DNA of 64,000 nt. Source: Verrucomicrobiota bacterium. GTDB taxonomy: Bacteria > Verrucomicrobiota > Verrucomicrobiia > Opitutales > Cerasicoccaceae. Below, piece after piece: positions 1-10,007 of the stretch (the stretch's first letter is position 1; each line of letters begins with the position of its first letter). The stretch is taken from NCBI GenBank assembly GCA_039818205.1, contig JBCBUK010000002.1, positions 160,001 to 224,000 of the forward strand, read 5' to 3'. The notes beneath the pieces were generated by a model that searched no databases, was not told the DNA's origin, and was given only the letters and a program-made list of their open reading frames with translations. Position numbers and translations under genes: made by a program.

Positions 1-1
1 C

Positions 2-625
2 GGCAAGCCGGGGGAGGAGGGTGAATACCGTCTGGTCCTTAAAACCATTGCCGATTGCGGCTTGGTTGGTTTTCCCAATGCGGGAAAATCGTCGATCATG
101 GGCTTGATCACCAAGAAGCGGCCCAAGGTCGGGCACTACGCCTTTACCACCCTCGAGCCGAGTGTTGGCGTGGTTCATTTCCCGCATTCCTACGAACGGC
201 TAACGATTGCCGACATCCCAGGATTGATTGAAGGCGCTCACGAAAACAAGGGGCTTGGCCACCGTTTTCTGCGCCACGTCGAACGCTGTAACCTGCTCAT
301 TTTCATGATCGATATGGCGGGCGAGGATGGCCGCGATCCGCTGGAAGATTACCAGCAGCTGTGCACCGAGCTAGAACTTTATCAGGCAGATATCGCGGAT
401 CGGTCTCGGATCATTGTCGCCAACAAGATGGATGAGCTCCCGATTGCGGAGGAGAATTTGCAACGATTCCGCAAGGCCCACGAAGATTTGCAGATTTGTC
501 CGATTTCGTGTCTCAGTGAAGAAGGTATCCCCGAGTTGTTGGACGCGCTCTACGAGGGGATTCTGCGCCGCCCGAATCTGGAGGATACGGAAGATACCAG
601 CCCGACGTCAGTGGAAGAGGATTAA
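2..625 (+). CDS. obgE: GTPase ObgE/CgtA, 5'-truncated by window edge
   Basis: Frame open from base 2: LVLKTIADCGLVGFPNAGKSS (G1), YAFTTLEP (G2), DIPGLIEGA (G3), ANKMD (G4); GLGHRFLRHVERC is typical of Obg. Confidence 0.95.
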   Translation, partial: GKPGEEGEYRLVLKTIADCGLVGFPNAGKSSIMGLITKKRPKVGHYAFTTLEPSVGVVHFPHSYERLTIADIPGLIEGAHENKGLGHRFLRHVERCNLLIFMIDMAGEDGRDPLEDYQQLCTELELYQADIADRSRIIVANKMDELPIAEENLQRFRKAHEDLQICPISCLSEEGIPELLDALYEGILRRPNLEDTEDTSPTSVEED

Positions 626-1470
626 TCGCTCAGGTGATGCTCGGTGAGCTCGCGGATAATCCAATCGCGGGCCTCTTCGACATCGTCCATGATGCGGAAG
701 AGATCCAGGTCACTTTCGCTGATGACGCCCCAATCGACAAAGGATTGGAAGTTGATGATGTCGTGCCAGAAATCGGACCCGAGGAGTACGGTCGGCATGG
801 GTTTCATGATCTTCTGCGTCTGAATGAGCGTCATTAGCTCGAAGAATTCGTCCATGGTCCCGAAGCCGCCCGGAGTAACCACCATGGCCTTGGCCAAGTA
901 GGCGAACCAGTATTTCCGAATCATAAAATAGTGGAACTCATACTTTAGTTCGTGGGGAATGTAGGGGTTCATCTCGGGCTCAAAGGGTAGGCTGATGCCG
1001 AGACCGAGGCTGGGCATGTCCGCCAGGTAGGCTCCGTGATTGGCTGCTCGCATCATGCCGTCGCCCCCACCGGTACAGATGTAGAAGCGCTTCTTGGGGT
1101 CGGGAATGGTTTTCGACCATTCGGCGAGCAGGCGGGCAAGCTCCGTGGCTTTGTCGTGAAACGGCGCTGCTTTGACGTGGCGCTGGGCCACGCGCAAACG
1201 GCGGGCGAGGGCCTCATCTCCGGGTTTGCCGGCGGCCGCATCCTGAATCGCCTCTTCGAGGCGTTCGCGCGCTGTCTCTGAGTCGGGTATCCGCGCAGAG
1301 CCAAAAAAAGCGATCGTATTGTTGATGCCGCTCTCTTTGAGGCGGCGCTTGGGTTCAGCAAGCTCACAAAGGATACGGATGTGACGGGCGTCGGAGCTAT
1401 TGAGAAAGTCAGAATTGTTATAGGCCTTGATTGGCCACTCGGGCGGGGAATCAGAGGTTTCGTCAATCAT
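622..1470 (-). CDS. LOG family (Rossmann-fold, putative nucleotide phosphoribohydrolase) protein
   Basis: FFGSAR, TGGGDGMMRAANHGA, GISLPFE, FHYFMIRK and the PGGFGTMDE LOG motif. Confidence 0.9.
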   Translation of the reverse strand: MIDETSDSPPEWPIKAYNNSDFLNSSDARHIRILCELAEPKRRLKESGINNTIAFFGSARIPDSETARERLEEAIQDAAAGKPGDEALARRLRVAQRHVKAAPFHDKATELARLLAEWSKTIPDPKKRFYICTGGGDGMMRAANHGAYLADMPSLGLGISLPFEPEMNPYIPHELKYEFHYFMIRKYWFAYLAKAMVVTPGGFGTMDEFFELMTLIQTQKIMKPMPTVLLGSDFWHDIINFQSFVDWGVISESDLDLFRIMDDVEEARDWIIRELTEHHLSD

Positions 1471-1604
1471 GTGCAGTAGGTGATTATCACTGATGCCCCC
1501 AATAGCAACGCCTTTTAGCGCAGAGAACTAGTCTGAACTCGCTTCAGGTCATTCAGTGTCTTGGGTTGAATCTTCGGGCTATGTCCTGTCTAGTGATTGT
1601 CGAT

Positions 1605-3098
1605 ATGACCGCCTATACTGAACTGACCGCCACCTTGAAGCACATCGCCCTGCTAGATTCCATTTCAGGAATTGTTGGTTGGGACGAGCTTGTGAACTTG
1701 CCGCCTGGGTCGGCAGAGTTGCGAGCGCAGCAAAATTCGGCATTGGCGGCCTTGATTCACCGAGAATTTACGGTGCCAGAGATTGGTGAGTTGATTGCTG
1801 AGCTGGAGGATCAAGATCTGGATGCCGATCAACGCTGCGTGGTTCGGCAAGCCAGCCGTGAATATGACCGCGCCGTCAAGCTGCCGCCGGATTTCGTCCG
1901 GCGCAAATCGGCAGCCTCAAGTGAAGGCTATCATGCATGGACGGAATCTCGTAAAAAGCAGGATTTCGACGGTTTTGCGCCCAAGCTACAGGTCCTGGTT
2001 GATTTGGCCAAAGAGGAGGCAGCCTACCTCGGGCAGGAGGACCATCCCTACGATTATTGGATCGATCGGTTTGATCCTGGCATGAATGAAGCGCTTTTTT
2101 GTGGTCTATTTGACCAGCTGCGTGAACCCTTGAAGGCTCTGTCGGCGGCGGTATTGGACGCGCCGCGCCAAGCTGATGTGTCGATTTTCAAAGGCTTTCC
2201 AGTCGCCGCCCAAGAGGCATTCTTGCGGGAGGTTCTGGAGCGTATTGGCTTTGATTTTTCCTACGGGCGCTTGGATACATCGGTCCACCCATTCTGTGGC
2301 GGCAGCGCTTGGGATACGCGGATGACGACGCGCTTTGACCCCGAGAACCCTTTGGACTCGTTATTTAGCGCAATTCATGAAGCCGGTCATGGCCTTTATG
2401 AGCAGGGGCTGCGGCTGGGCAACCCGGATTCATTTGGTTTGGCTCTGGCGGATTCCGTTGGCATGGGTGTGCATGAGTCACAAAGCCGCTTGTGGGAGAA
2501 CCAAGTGGCGCGCAGTGATGCTTTCTGGACCTTCTATGAACCGCGATATCGTGAGGCATTTTCACACCAGTTGGCCGGTGTTGCCTCAGAGGATCTGCGT
2601 TTGGCAATTAACGCCGTGCAACGCCAACCAATCCGGGTAGATGCCGACGAGGTGCATTACAACCTTCACGTCATTTTGCGTTTTGAGATCGAGCGGGCTT
2701 TGTTCTCTGGTGACCTAGCGGTGCAGGAGGTGCCGGCAGTTTGGAATGAATTGAGCCAGGACTTGTTGGGATTAACGCCCGAGCACGTTGGCGTCGGGTG
2801 TATCCAGGATGTTCACTGGTCCGAAGGTCTGTTTGGTTATTTCCCGAGCTACACCTTGGGGAATGTCTTGTCTGCGCAGCTTTGGACGGCAGCTCGCCGA
2901 GCGCACCCGCAACTAGATGCCGAGTTTGCCGAAGGGAACTTCTCGAACTTACTTAAATGGTTGAGAGAAAACGTCCACCAATACGGCAAGCGCTACAGCA
3001 CCCCGGATTTGATCGAGAAGGTCACCGGTGAGGAGCTCTCGCCGCAACCGTTGATTGACTACCTTCAAGAGCGCTACGGCGCGTTGTATGGCCTTTAG
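1605..3098 (+). CDS. Carboxypeptidase Taq, peptidase family M32
   Basis: HPF, HEAGH (HExxH), HESQS, IRVDADE, GCIQDVHW and GYFPSYTLG motifs; ATG at 1605 preferred over TTG at 1566. Confidence 0.93.
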   Translation: MTAYTELTATLKHIALLDSISGIVGWDELVNLPPGSAELRAQQNSALAALIHREFTVPEIGELIAELEDQDLDADQRCVVRQASREYDRAVKLPPDFVRRKSAASSEGYHAWTESRKKQDFDGFAPKLQVLVDLAKEEAAYLGQEDHPYDYWIDRFDPGMNEALFCGLFDQLREPLKALSAAVLDAPRQADVSIFKGFPVAAQEAFLREVLERIGFDFSYGRLDTSVHPFCGGSAWDTRMTTRFDPENPLDSLFSAIHEAGHGLYEQGLRLGNPDSFGLALADSVGMGVHESQSRLWENQVARSDAFWTFYEPRYREAFSHQLAGVASEDLRLAINAVQRQPIRVDADEVHYNLHVILRFEIERALFSGDLAVQEVPAVWNELSQDLLGLTPEHVGVGCIQDVHWSEGLFGYFPSYTLGNVLSAQLWTAARRAHPQLDAEFAEGNFSNLLKWLRENVHQYGKRYSTPDLIEKVTGEELSPQPLIDYLQERYGALYGL

Positions 3099-3102
3099 GA
3101 TC

Positions 3103-3399
3103 CTATCTGCTATCTGGATTTTTTCGAATGGGCTTCGCGATGAAATATACTGCGAGGCCAAGACCCAGCCCGGTTCCAATCAAGGTCGATCGTCGAACAT
3201 CGCTCAGGTATTCCTCTCTTGAAACGGGCGTAAATGCTCGGTCGCGATAATTCTCCCGGCTAATCCTGGATTTCTCAATGGACGATCTCGCTAAATCGAA
3301 CGCACCGGCGCCGTACAGGTAACCTAAGCCAGCTCCTAGCATGACTAAAAAGGTGACGATCGCGATGTGATCCTTTACCTTCTCGATATCCAGTGACAT
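3103..3399 (-). CDS. Small hypothetical membrane protein (two hydrophobic segments)
   Basis: 98-aa ORF filling an intergenic gap; hydrophobic stretches IAIVTFLVMLGAGLGYLYG and LIGTGLGLGLAVYFIA. Confidence 0.55.
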   Translation of the reverse strand: MSLDIEKVKDHIAIVTFLVMLGAGLGYLYGAGAFDLARSSIEKSRISRENYRDRAFTPVSREEYLSDVRRSTLIGTGLGLGLAVYFIAKPIRKNPDSR

Positions 3400-3551
3400 T
3401 GGCGGGTCCAGTGATTATTGAATCCGTGTTGGGTCGGGAAACGTGTTGTCCCGACATTACTTGCTCAAGGACTTCATGATTTTGGGCTCACTTGTCAAAC
3501 CATGATGATTTGTAACCTCAATTTCGACGAACTTGAACAGGCGACAGGGCT

Positions 3552-4013
3552 CTAGCCCTCGTAGCCGTAGCGATCGAGCATGTCGGTGAGGACGTCGGGG
3601 AGAGATTCCTGATGGGGTAGGCTGGATTGGGATTCGGCGCAACAACTCAGGTATTCCAGCATTGAGAGCAGGCCGGGGGCTTTTTGTTTTTGCTGGGCCA
3701 GCCAATCGTAGAAATATTCCAAGGCGGCGACCCATTCAGAAAGGTTGTGGTTGGACTCGTCGACATGGTCCACTAGCAGTTGGTAGGCGTTGGGCATGTC
3801 TGGGTGTTCCTTGGCATGCTCGTCAAAGGATTCCACAATAATGGCGAACTGTTTGGGGCTAGTGCAGGCACGGGCCATCATCTCAAATCCTTCTTCCCCA
3901 AGATTGGCTTCTTCTTGCAGGAAAGCACCCTCGGACAGGGCTTCTAGCCACCCCATATAGAGTGCCTTATCATCTCCCGCAAACTGGTCAGCCAATGATT
4001 CGATATCTGGCAT
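3552..4013 (-). CDS. Hypothetical acidic protein
   Basis: 153-aa ATG ORF with protein-like composition, divergent from pyrG; no recognised motif. Confidence 0.7.
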   Translation of the reverse strand: MPDIESLADQFAGDDKALYMGWLEALSEGAFLQEEANLGEEGFEMMARACTSPKQFAIIVESFDEHAKEHPDMPNAYQLLVDHVDESNHNLSEWVAALEYFYDWLAQQKQKAPGLLSMLEYLSCCAESQSSLPHQESLPDVLTDMLDRYGYEG

Positions 4014-4160
4014 AGGGTCAGAATAGAAGATGCGACGGCTAAATCAATATTAGATTTTCCCTCTGATTATCAGGTATTTAGGGATTTCTCCTTACAAATT
4101 TCCGATTCTAACTCAAATTCGAGTTGCGCTCTCAGGTTGGTAGGGTTTTGTATTGAGACC

Positions 4161-4193
4161 CGGGCAGCGGTTAGCTCCGCCGTCCGTTTTTTT
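4161..4193 (+). terminator. Intrinsic-terminator-like hairpin in the pyrG leader (possible attenuator)
   Basis: CGGGCAGCGG-TTAGCT-CCGCCGTCCG (10-bp stem, one mismatch, one G-U) followed by T7, about 30 nt before the pyrG ATG; no + strand gene lies upstream. Confidence 0.55.
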
Positions 4194-4224
4194 ATTTATT
4201 GCGATTGATAAGTTTTACTGACCT

Positions 4225-5880
4225 ATGGCTGAGCAGGTTGACGCTTCAAAGACAAAGTATATTTTTATAACCGGTGGTGTGGTTTCGTCACTCGGCAAAG
4301 GGCTGACTGCGGGCGCATTGGGTGCGCTTCTCGAGCAACGTGGGTTGACTTGTCGACTGCAGAAATTTGATCCGTACCTGAATGTTGACCCGGGCACGAT
4401 GAGCCCGTTTCAACACGGTGAAGTTTACGTGCTGGACGACGGTGCGGAAACTGACCTCGACCTGGGTCACTACGAGCGCTTCACCTGCGGAACCCTTTCC
4501 AGCAACAACAACCTGACCTCAGGGCAGATCTACGAAGCGATCATCCAAAAAGAGCGCCGGGGCGACTTTTTGGGCAAGACAGTTCAGGTTATTCCGCATG
4601 TCACCGATGAGATCAAGAAGCACATTTTCGGTGGCGGAGGCGACGTTGATGTCCTCATCACCGAGATTGGTGGCACGGTTGGTGACATCGAAGGTCTCCC
4701 GTTCCTGGAGGCCATGCGTCAGTTTGCCTTGGAAGTGGGTTTTGAAAACGTCCTCTTCATCCACGTGACCTTGATTCCATTCCTCAAGGCAGCGGGCGAG
4801 TTGAAAACGAAGCCCAGCCAGCAGTCCGTGGCCAAATTGCGTGAGATTGGTATTCAACCCGATATCTTGGTCTGCCGCACCGAGCAGCCGATCTCGCATG
4901 ACATCCGTCAGAAACTAAGCCTATTTTGCAACATCCCGGTTAAGGCCGTCATTGAAGAAATGGATGTTGAGACTTCCATTTACGAGCTCCCGATCCGATT
5001 GGCGCAGGAGAATCTCGACGATCTCGTCGTGGATCACCTTCGACTCGATGCGCCCGATAGCGAGATGGATGAGTGGAAGTCAGTGGTCCGCCGTTTGAAG
5101 TATCCGGCTAACCGCATCGACATTGGTGTTGTTGGTAAATACATTGAGCTGCAGGATGCCTACAAGAGCGTCTACGAGAGTTTAACTCATGGCGGTGTCG
5201 CTAATGATTGCGGCGTTAACATTGTGCGCATCGATTCCGAAGCGATCGAAGAAGATGGCGCAGCGGCTCACCTCGAAGGCCTGGGCGGTGTCCTGGTGCC
5301 CGGCGGTTTTGGTGACCGTGGGATTGAAGGCAAGATTGCCGCGGCTGAATATGCGCGCGAAAAGATGATTCCATACTTTGGTTTGTGCCTGGGGATGCAG
5401 ATTCTCGTCATCGAGTATGCGCGTCACGTCGCCGGATATCCCGAAGCCAATAGCGCGGAATTCGCACCGAACTCTGAGCATGCAGTGATCAATCTGATGG
5501 CGGACCAAGTGGACGTCACAGATAAGGGAGCAACGATGCGCTTGGGTTCCTGTCCCTGCAAGCTGACGCCAAAGACTCACTCATGGGAAGCTTACGCCAA
5601 GGTCTTTGACCCGCCCACGGAAGGTGATTTCATCATCCATGAGCGTCACCGTCACCGCTACGAATTTAACAACGACTTTCGGGAAATCCTGGAACGTTGT
5701 GGCTTGCGTATTTCCGGGGTCAATCCTGAGCGCGACCTAGTTGAAATTGTTGAAGTCTTTGACCATCCATGGATGGTCGGCGTGCAGTTCCACCCGGAGT
5801 TTAAATCTAAGCCGAATAAGGCACATCCGCTCTTTGCTGCGTTTGTTGCTGCCGCACTTAAGCGCCGCAAAGAAAGCTAG
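4225..5880 (+). CDS. pyrG: CTP synthase
   Basis: [35 protein letters not shown], GATase [14 protein letters not shown] and QFHPEF. Confidence 0.99.
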   Translation: MAEQVDASKTKYIFITGGVVSSLGKGLTAGALGALLEQRGLTCRLQKFDPYLNVDPGTMSPFQHGEVYVLDDGAETDLDLGHYERFTCGTLSSNNNLTSGQIYEAIIQKERRGDFLGKTVQVIPHVTDEIKKHIFGGGGDVDVLITEIGGTVGDIEGLPFLEAMRQFALEVGFENVLFIHVTLIPFLKAAGELKTKPSQQSVAKLREIGIQPDILVCRTEQPISHDIRQKLSLFCNIPVKAVIEEMDVETSIYELPIRLAQENLDDLVVDHLRLDAPDSEMDEWKSVVRRLKYPANRIDIGVVGKYIELQDAYKSVYESLTHGGVANDCGVNIVRIDSEAIEEDGAAAHLEGLGGVLVPGGFGDRGIEGKIAAAEYAREKMIPYFGLCLGMQILVIEYARHVAGYPEANSAEFAPNSEHAVINLMADQVDVTDKGATMRLGSCPCKLTPKTHSWEAYAKVFDPPTEGDFIIHERHRHRYEFNNDFREILERCGLRISGVNPERDLVEIVEVFDHPWMVGVQFHPEFKSKPNKAHPLFAAFVAAALKRRKES

Positions 5881-5884
5881 TTTG

Positions 5885-7099
5885 CTAGCGTTTTAAGCTG
5901 CGCCCGAAGGCAAGCATGTCACGGGCGTAGTCGGCCCAGTTGCGGAAGGTTCGTGCTTTGGCTTCGGATGATAGTTTTGCCCGCAAATCCTCGTCTTCAA
6001 TGAGCCGTCGCATGGGTCCGGCAAGCTGTTCAGCGCTTGGCTCTGGTACCATTAGACAGCCGCCGCCAACGGCGACTTCGCCCAGGGCGTGTTTCTCGCA
6101 AACAACGCAGGGTTTGCCGTAGTGGAGGCTCTCGATCACAGGTAGGCCAAAGCCCTCCATCAGCGACGGGTAAACCGTGAAATCTGCCCGATGGTAAATC
6201 TCGGTTAGTCGTTCGTCGTTGGGGGTGCCCAGGTATTCGACATGGCGCCCGGCTGCCTTGAGTTCCTCAAGTCGTTGCATTGCTTTCGTACCGGTTTCCC
6301 GGTTGAGCATACCGACAAACTGAAGTCGGAAATCAACGCCTTGAGACCAGAGAATCTCCGCTGCCTCAAGTAACGCGATCTGGTTTTTCCGGCCCTCGAA
6401 GGTACTAACGAATAGTGCCGTTGGCGGTGCGCTGGCGTCGCCTTGGGTGGACGTGTCTCGATCGCGATCGATGCTGGAGAAATCGACCCCTAAAGGCACG
6501 GCTTCGACGACGGGATGATCCGTGATGCCTTGGCTGCGCCAATGGTCAATGAGGTCATCGCGCGAGGCCTCCGAAATCGCTGCAATACCATCGAAATCAC
6601 GCAGTTCATTCAGGTAGGTCTCAAAGCGCTTGACCGTGCCCGCCGGCGTAAACTGGGGCAACCGCAGTGCAATCAAATCGTAGAAGATCGCGACCTTGGG
6701 GCCCGACAAATTCGGAAATATGCTTTGGTAAGATTGATAGCTTTCCGGGAAAAATATCTCGGGAGCAAAAAATATTTCGGCTGATTGAAACTCTTCATTC
6801 GAGATCTCTTGATACCCGACAGGTAATCCCACGCTGGCGAGTTGGCCTCGTAACTTATCCTGGAAGCGCCAACGCGCGCCACGCTTCTTTCCGGGTAACT
6901 TATTGGGGGTCCAATCGACGAAGAGGTTTTCGTAGTCCGTGGTGCGGCGCCATTGTTTCGCGAAGCGGTCATAGATAGTTGGCCGGCAATTGTCGCGGCC
7001 TTCAAGCTGCCGCGCCTCACGAAAAAATGCGCGGCAAACGCGTTGGATGCCAGTGTTGCTTGGGCAGCGGGCTGTGTGCGATAGATCAACCAGGAACAT
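5885..7099 (-). CDS. Glycosyltransferase, GT-B fold (GT4-like)
   Basis: TGIQRV N-terminus, FYDLI, VSTFEGRKN and PSLMEGFGLPVIES (Ex7E) motifs. Confidence 0.9.
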   Translation of the reverse strand: MFLVDLSHTARCPSNTGIQRVCRAFFREARQLEGRDNCRPTIYDRFAKQWRRTTDYENLFVDWTPNKLPGKKRGARWRFQDKLRGQLASVGLPVGYQEISNEEFQSAEIFFAPEIFFPESYQSYQSIFPNLSGPKVAIFYDLIALRLPQFTPAGTVKRFETYLNELRDFDGIAAISEASRDDLIDHWRSQGITDHPVVEAVPLGVDFSSIDRDRDTSTQGDASAPPTALFVSTFEGRKNQIALLEAAEILWSQGVDFRLQFVGMLNRETGTKAMQRLEELKAAGRHVEYLGTPNDERLTEIYHRADFTVYPSLMEGFGLPVIESLHYGKPCVVCEKHALGEVAVGGGCLMVPEPSAEQLAGPMRRLIEDEDLRAKLSSEAKARTFRNWADYARDMLAFGRSLKR

Positions 7100-7231
7100 A
7101 GTATGAGCCGTCTACTACTCAGAATTAATGCGACTTTGTCAACGGCGGTCATTTCGCGGCATCGATAGTACTTACAATCACGGAACGGAATTGTAATTTA
7201 CCCATAACCAGCAATTGGCTAAGCTGGGTTC

Positions 7232-7687
7232 ATGACCACACATGTTAAATACATTTCCGATAGCCTCTTCACCGATGCAAGTGTCTTAGCTGATCAATTA
7301 CTGGAGCGTAGTCCCGTGATGCGGGGCAAGATTGCTATGGCGGTCGGTTGTCGGCCCAACCAGGTGCATGAACACCTTGTGGAGGTGATCCGATTTATGC
7401 AGCTGGTGTCGAATAGTCCAACCACCTTAACGCCTTCGCTGCGGGTGGATTTGGTCTGGCACGAGTTCATCCTCTTCACCCGCGAGTATGCGCGTTTTTG
7501 TGAAGAACAATTTGGCCATTTTATCCACCACACGCCGGGTGGTTCCCGCGCGGACAATCACCAGCAATACCGCAATACACTGCGTCAATATAACCAAATA
7601 TTTGGGCCGCCTAAGATGAGTTTCTGGGCTAATCCATTTTTGGATCCAGATACCTCAGGATGTGGGGCCTGTGATGGGTATGCTTAA
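7232..7687 (+). CDS. Stand-alone glycine-rich-domain-protein-like (GRDP/DUF1399-like) protein
   Basis: Pattern EVIRF...TPSLRVDLVWHEFILFTREYARFC...GHFIHHTP...YRNTLRQY...FG...W; C-terminal SGCGACDG. Confidence 0.75.
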   Translation: MTTHVKYISDSLFTDASVLADQLLERSPVMRGKIAMAVGCRPNQVHEHLVEVIRFMQLVSNSPTTLTPSLRVDLVWHEFILFTREYARFCEEQFGHFIHHTPGGSRADNHQQYRNTLRQYNQIFGPPKMSFWANPFLDPDTSGCGACDGYA

Positions 7688-7704
7688 CTCAACAACTACT
7701 CGCT

Positions 7705-8778
7705 ATGATCTATAAAGGAACGATTACGGTTGATCCCGGACAACTAACGCACATCGAACGGCGAAAGCCGACTAAGGCTTTTGCCAAGATGGCACACTTT
7801 TTAACCATGGGCTTGTCATCGCCTATGGAAGAGAAAGAGACGTTTTCCGCAGTGGCCATTCTCCAAGAGCTCAACCGGGCGCTATTGGCTGCGGGCATCG
7901 ATAATATCATTCGACTCTCGAAGGATGACGTAGATTTCTATTTCGACGCTGAAGGGCGCCGTCAGGATCTGCGGGTGGCAATGGATGAGTTCGAGCAGAA
8001 AGCTGGGCCGCGCGAAATCAGTGTCTTTAACGAACTGCGACTGGTCCTTGAGCATGACACCTACGATATGTTTTTCATAGTCGAAATACGCGTGTTTCGA
8101 AATCATGCGGTTGGTGCGCACCCGATTGAGATTCATGTTGATGGGGTTGTGAACGAGTTTCAGGTTGATGATCCCGCCAACCCCGGCGCTCTACGCGAGC
8201 GAATGGAGCCCTACTTTCGCAAGCAGGAAATCTACGAGGCGTTTTGTGGCCGTGCTCAAGGGAACTTTGATCGCTTCATGGGAGACCTCATTCTCGCACT
8301 TCATGATCATATGCACGTCGAATCGTCACGCACCGGCTCGACCAAAAATATCATTACGCGTGGGGAGCGCCTCGATCGCAATTCGCCGACAAGCAGCGAA
8401 GCCCTGGCTGAGGTGCCCGGAGGTCGCGCCATGTTTGAGCCCTACCATGGAGTTGCTACCGTTGCACTCGCCGCCTGGCTTTGGGCTGATATATGCCACG
8501 AGAACGGCATCATGAACAGTCAAGTGGAATTGATCGACGGCTCCGGTGCTACGATTGGATCTATCGAGGAAACCCCGATGATGGTTGGTAGTGCCGAGGA
8601 AGTTCGAGAAGAAGCCACCCACTCATCTTCATTCTTCGGCGGCTCTGGTGGTGATGGCGGCAGTAGCAGCGATAGTGGTGGCTGGTTTAGCTTCGATTTC
8701 GGCGGCGACGGAGGAGACGGCGGAGGGGACGGCGGCTCTGGCTGTGGTGGAGGCTGCGGCGGCGGTTGTGGCGGTTAA
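7705..8778 (+). CDS. Hypothetical protein with C-terminal Gly/Ser/Asp/Cys low-complexity tail
   Basis: 357-aa ATG ORF 17 nt after the previous gene; ends GGDGGDGGGDGGSGCGGGCGGGCGG. Confidence 0.8.
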   Translation: MIYKGTITVDPGQLTHIERRKPTKAFAKMAHFLTMGLSSPMEEKETFSAVAILQELNRALLAAGIDNIIRLSKDDVDFYFDAEGRRQDLRVAMDEFEQKAGPREISVFNELRLVLEHDTYDMFFIVEIRVFRNHAVGAHPIEIHVDGVVNEFQVDDPANPGALRERMEPYFRKQEIYEAFCGRAQGNFDRFMGDLILALHDHMHVESSRTGSTKNIITRGERLDRNSPTSSEALAEVPGGRAMFEPYHGVATVALAAWLWADICHENGIMNSQVELIDGSGATIGSIEETPMMVGSAEEVREEATHSSSFFGGSGGDGGSSSDSGGWFSFDFGGDGGDGGGDGGSGCGGGCGGGCGG

Positions 8779-8788
8779 GCCCTTGAGG

Positions 8789-9889
8789 TTAACCGCCAAC
8801 TTTGAATAGGGCGACGTCGCCGTCTTTGAAGTGGTATTCTTTGCCTTCGAGGCGGTATCGTCCGGCGTCGCGAGCCGCGGCAACGGAGCCGGCCGCGACA
8901 AGATCTTCGTAGCTGACGACTTCTGCCTTGATGAACTTCTTCTCAAAGTCGGTGTGGATGACTCCGGCGCATTGCGGGGCCTTCATGCCTTCGTGGAAAG
9001 TCCACGCGCGGACCTCCTTTTCACCAGCGGTAAAATAGCTGGCCAGGCCGAGTAGTCCGTAAGCAGCGCGAATAAGTCCGGTGACTCCACTACCCGAGAC
9101 CCCGAGGTCGGCCAGATAGTCCTTGGCTTCGGCGGGGTCCAATTCTGACAGCTCCTCTTCGATGCGGGCGCAGATCACACAGGATGACGCTCCGTGGTGC
9201 TCGGCAGCCCACTGGGCAACTTTTTCAGTAAACTCATTACCTCCAGCCGCTAGGTCGTCTTCGGCAACGTTGCAGGCGTAGAGAACACGCTTGGCGGACA
9301 GGAGACAATAAGTCTTCATGCGCTCCCGCTGGTCGTCGTCAAGCTCGAGCGTCACCACCGGTTTACCCTCATTCAGGTGCTCGACAATAATTTCTAGCAG
9401 CGCCGTGTTCGCTTGGGCTTCCTTGTCGTTGCCCTTTGCCCGGCGCTTATTCTTGTCGAGTTGGCTTTCGGCACTCTGCAGGTCGGCGAGGATCAACTCG
9501 GTGTTGATTACCTCAATGTCGCGAATGGGGTCAACCGAGCCCATGTTGTGGATGACGTCGTCGTCCACAAAGCATCGGACGACGTGCACGATGGCATCGA
9601 CCTCGCGAATGTTGGCCAGAAACTTGTTTCCAAGACCTTCGCCTTCGCTGGCACCGGCTACGAGGCCAGCGATATCGACAAATTCGATTGCTGCCGGGAT
9701 TACTACCTGGGTTTTTGCGATCTCGCGCAGCGGTTCCAAGCGGTCATCTGGGACCTCCACGACGCCGACGTTGGGCTCGATGGTACAGAATGGATAATTC
9801 GCCGCCTCCGCCTTGCGGGTGCGGGTCAGGGCGTTGAAAAGAGTACTCTTGCCCACGTTGGGCAAACCGACGATGCCTGCTTGTAACAT
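8789..9889 (-). CDS. ychF: Redox-regulated ATPase YchF (Obg family)
   Basis: [49 protein letters not shown] and C-terminal TGS ([19 protein letters not shown]). Confidence 0.97.
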   Translation of the reverse strand: MLQAGIVGLPNVGKSTLFNALTRTRKAEAANYPFCTIEPNVGVVEVPDDRLEPLREIAKTQVVIPAAIEFVDIAGLVAGASEGEGLGNKFLANIREVDAIVHVVRCFVDDDVIHNMGSVDPIRDIEVINTELILADLQSAESQLDKNKRRAKGNDKEAQANTALLEIIVEHLNEGKPVVTLELDDDQRERMKTYCLLSAKRVLYACNVAEDDLAAGGNEFTEKVAQWAAEHHGASSCVICARIEEELSELDPAEAKDYLADLGVSGSGVTGLIRAAYGLLGLASYFTAGEKEVRAWTFHEGMKAPQCAGVIHTDFEKKFIKAEVVSYEDLVAAGSVAAARDAGRYRLEGKEYHFKDGDVALFKVGG

Positions 9890-10007
9890 AATGCTAAAGG
9901 CGGGGGATAATGAGGTCTCGCGCCAGCGGGGCAACCTTTTTGCGCGATTCGGCTAAATCGGGCCCAAAAGCTTGTCCCAAGCACAAGTTCGGTCATAGAT
10001 ATACGTT

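Noticed and set aside
3434..3456. GTCGGGA-N9-TCCCGAC hairpin as a terminator or REP element
   Set aside because: No U-tract on either strand and no second copy noticed in the window
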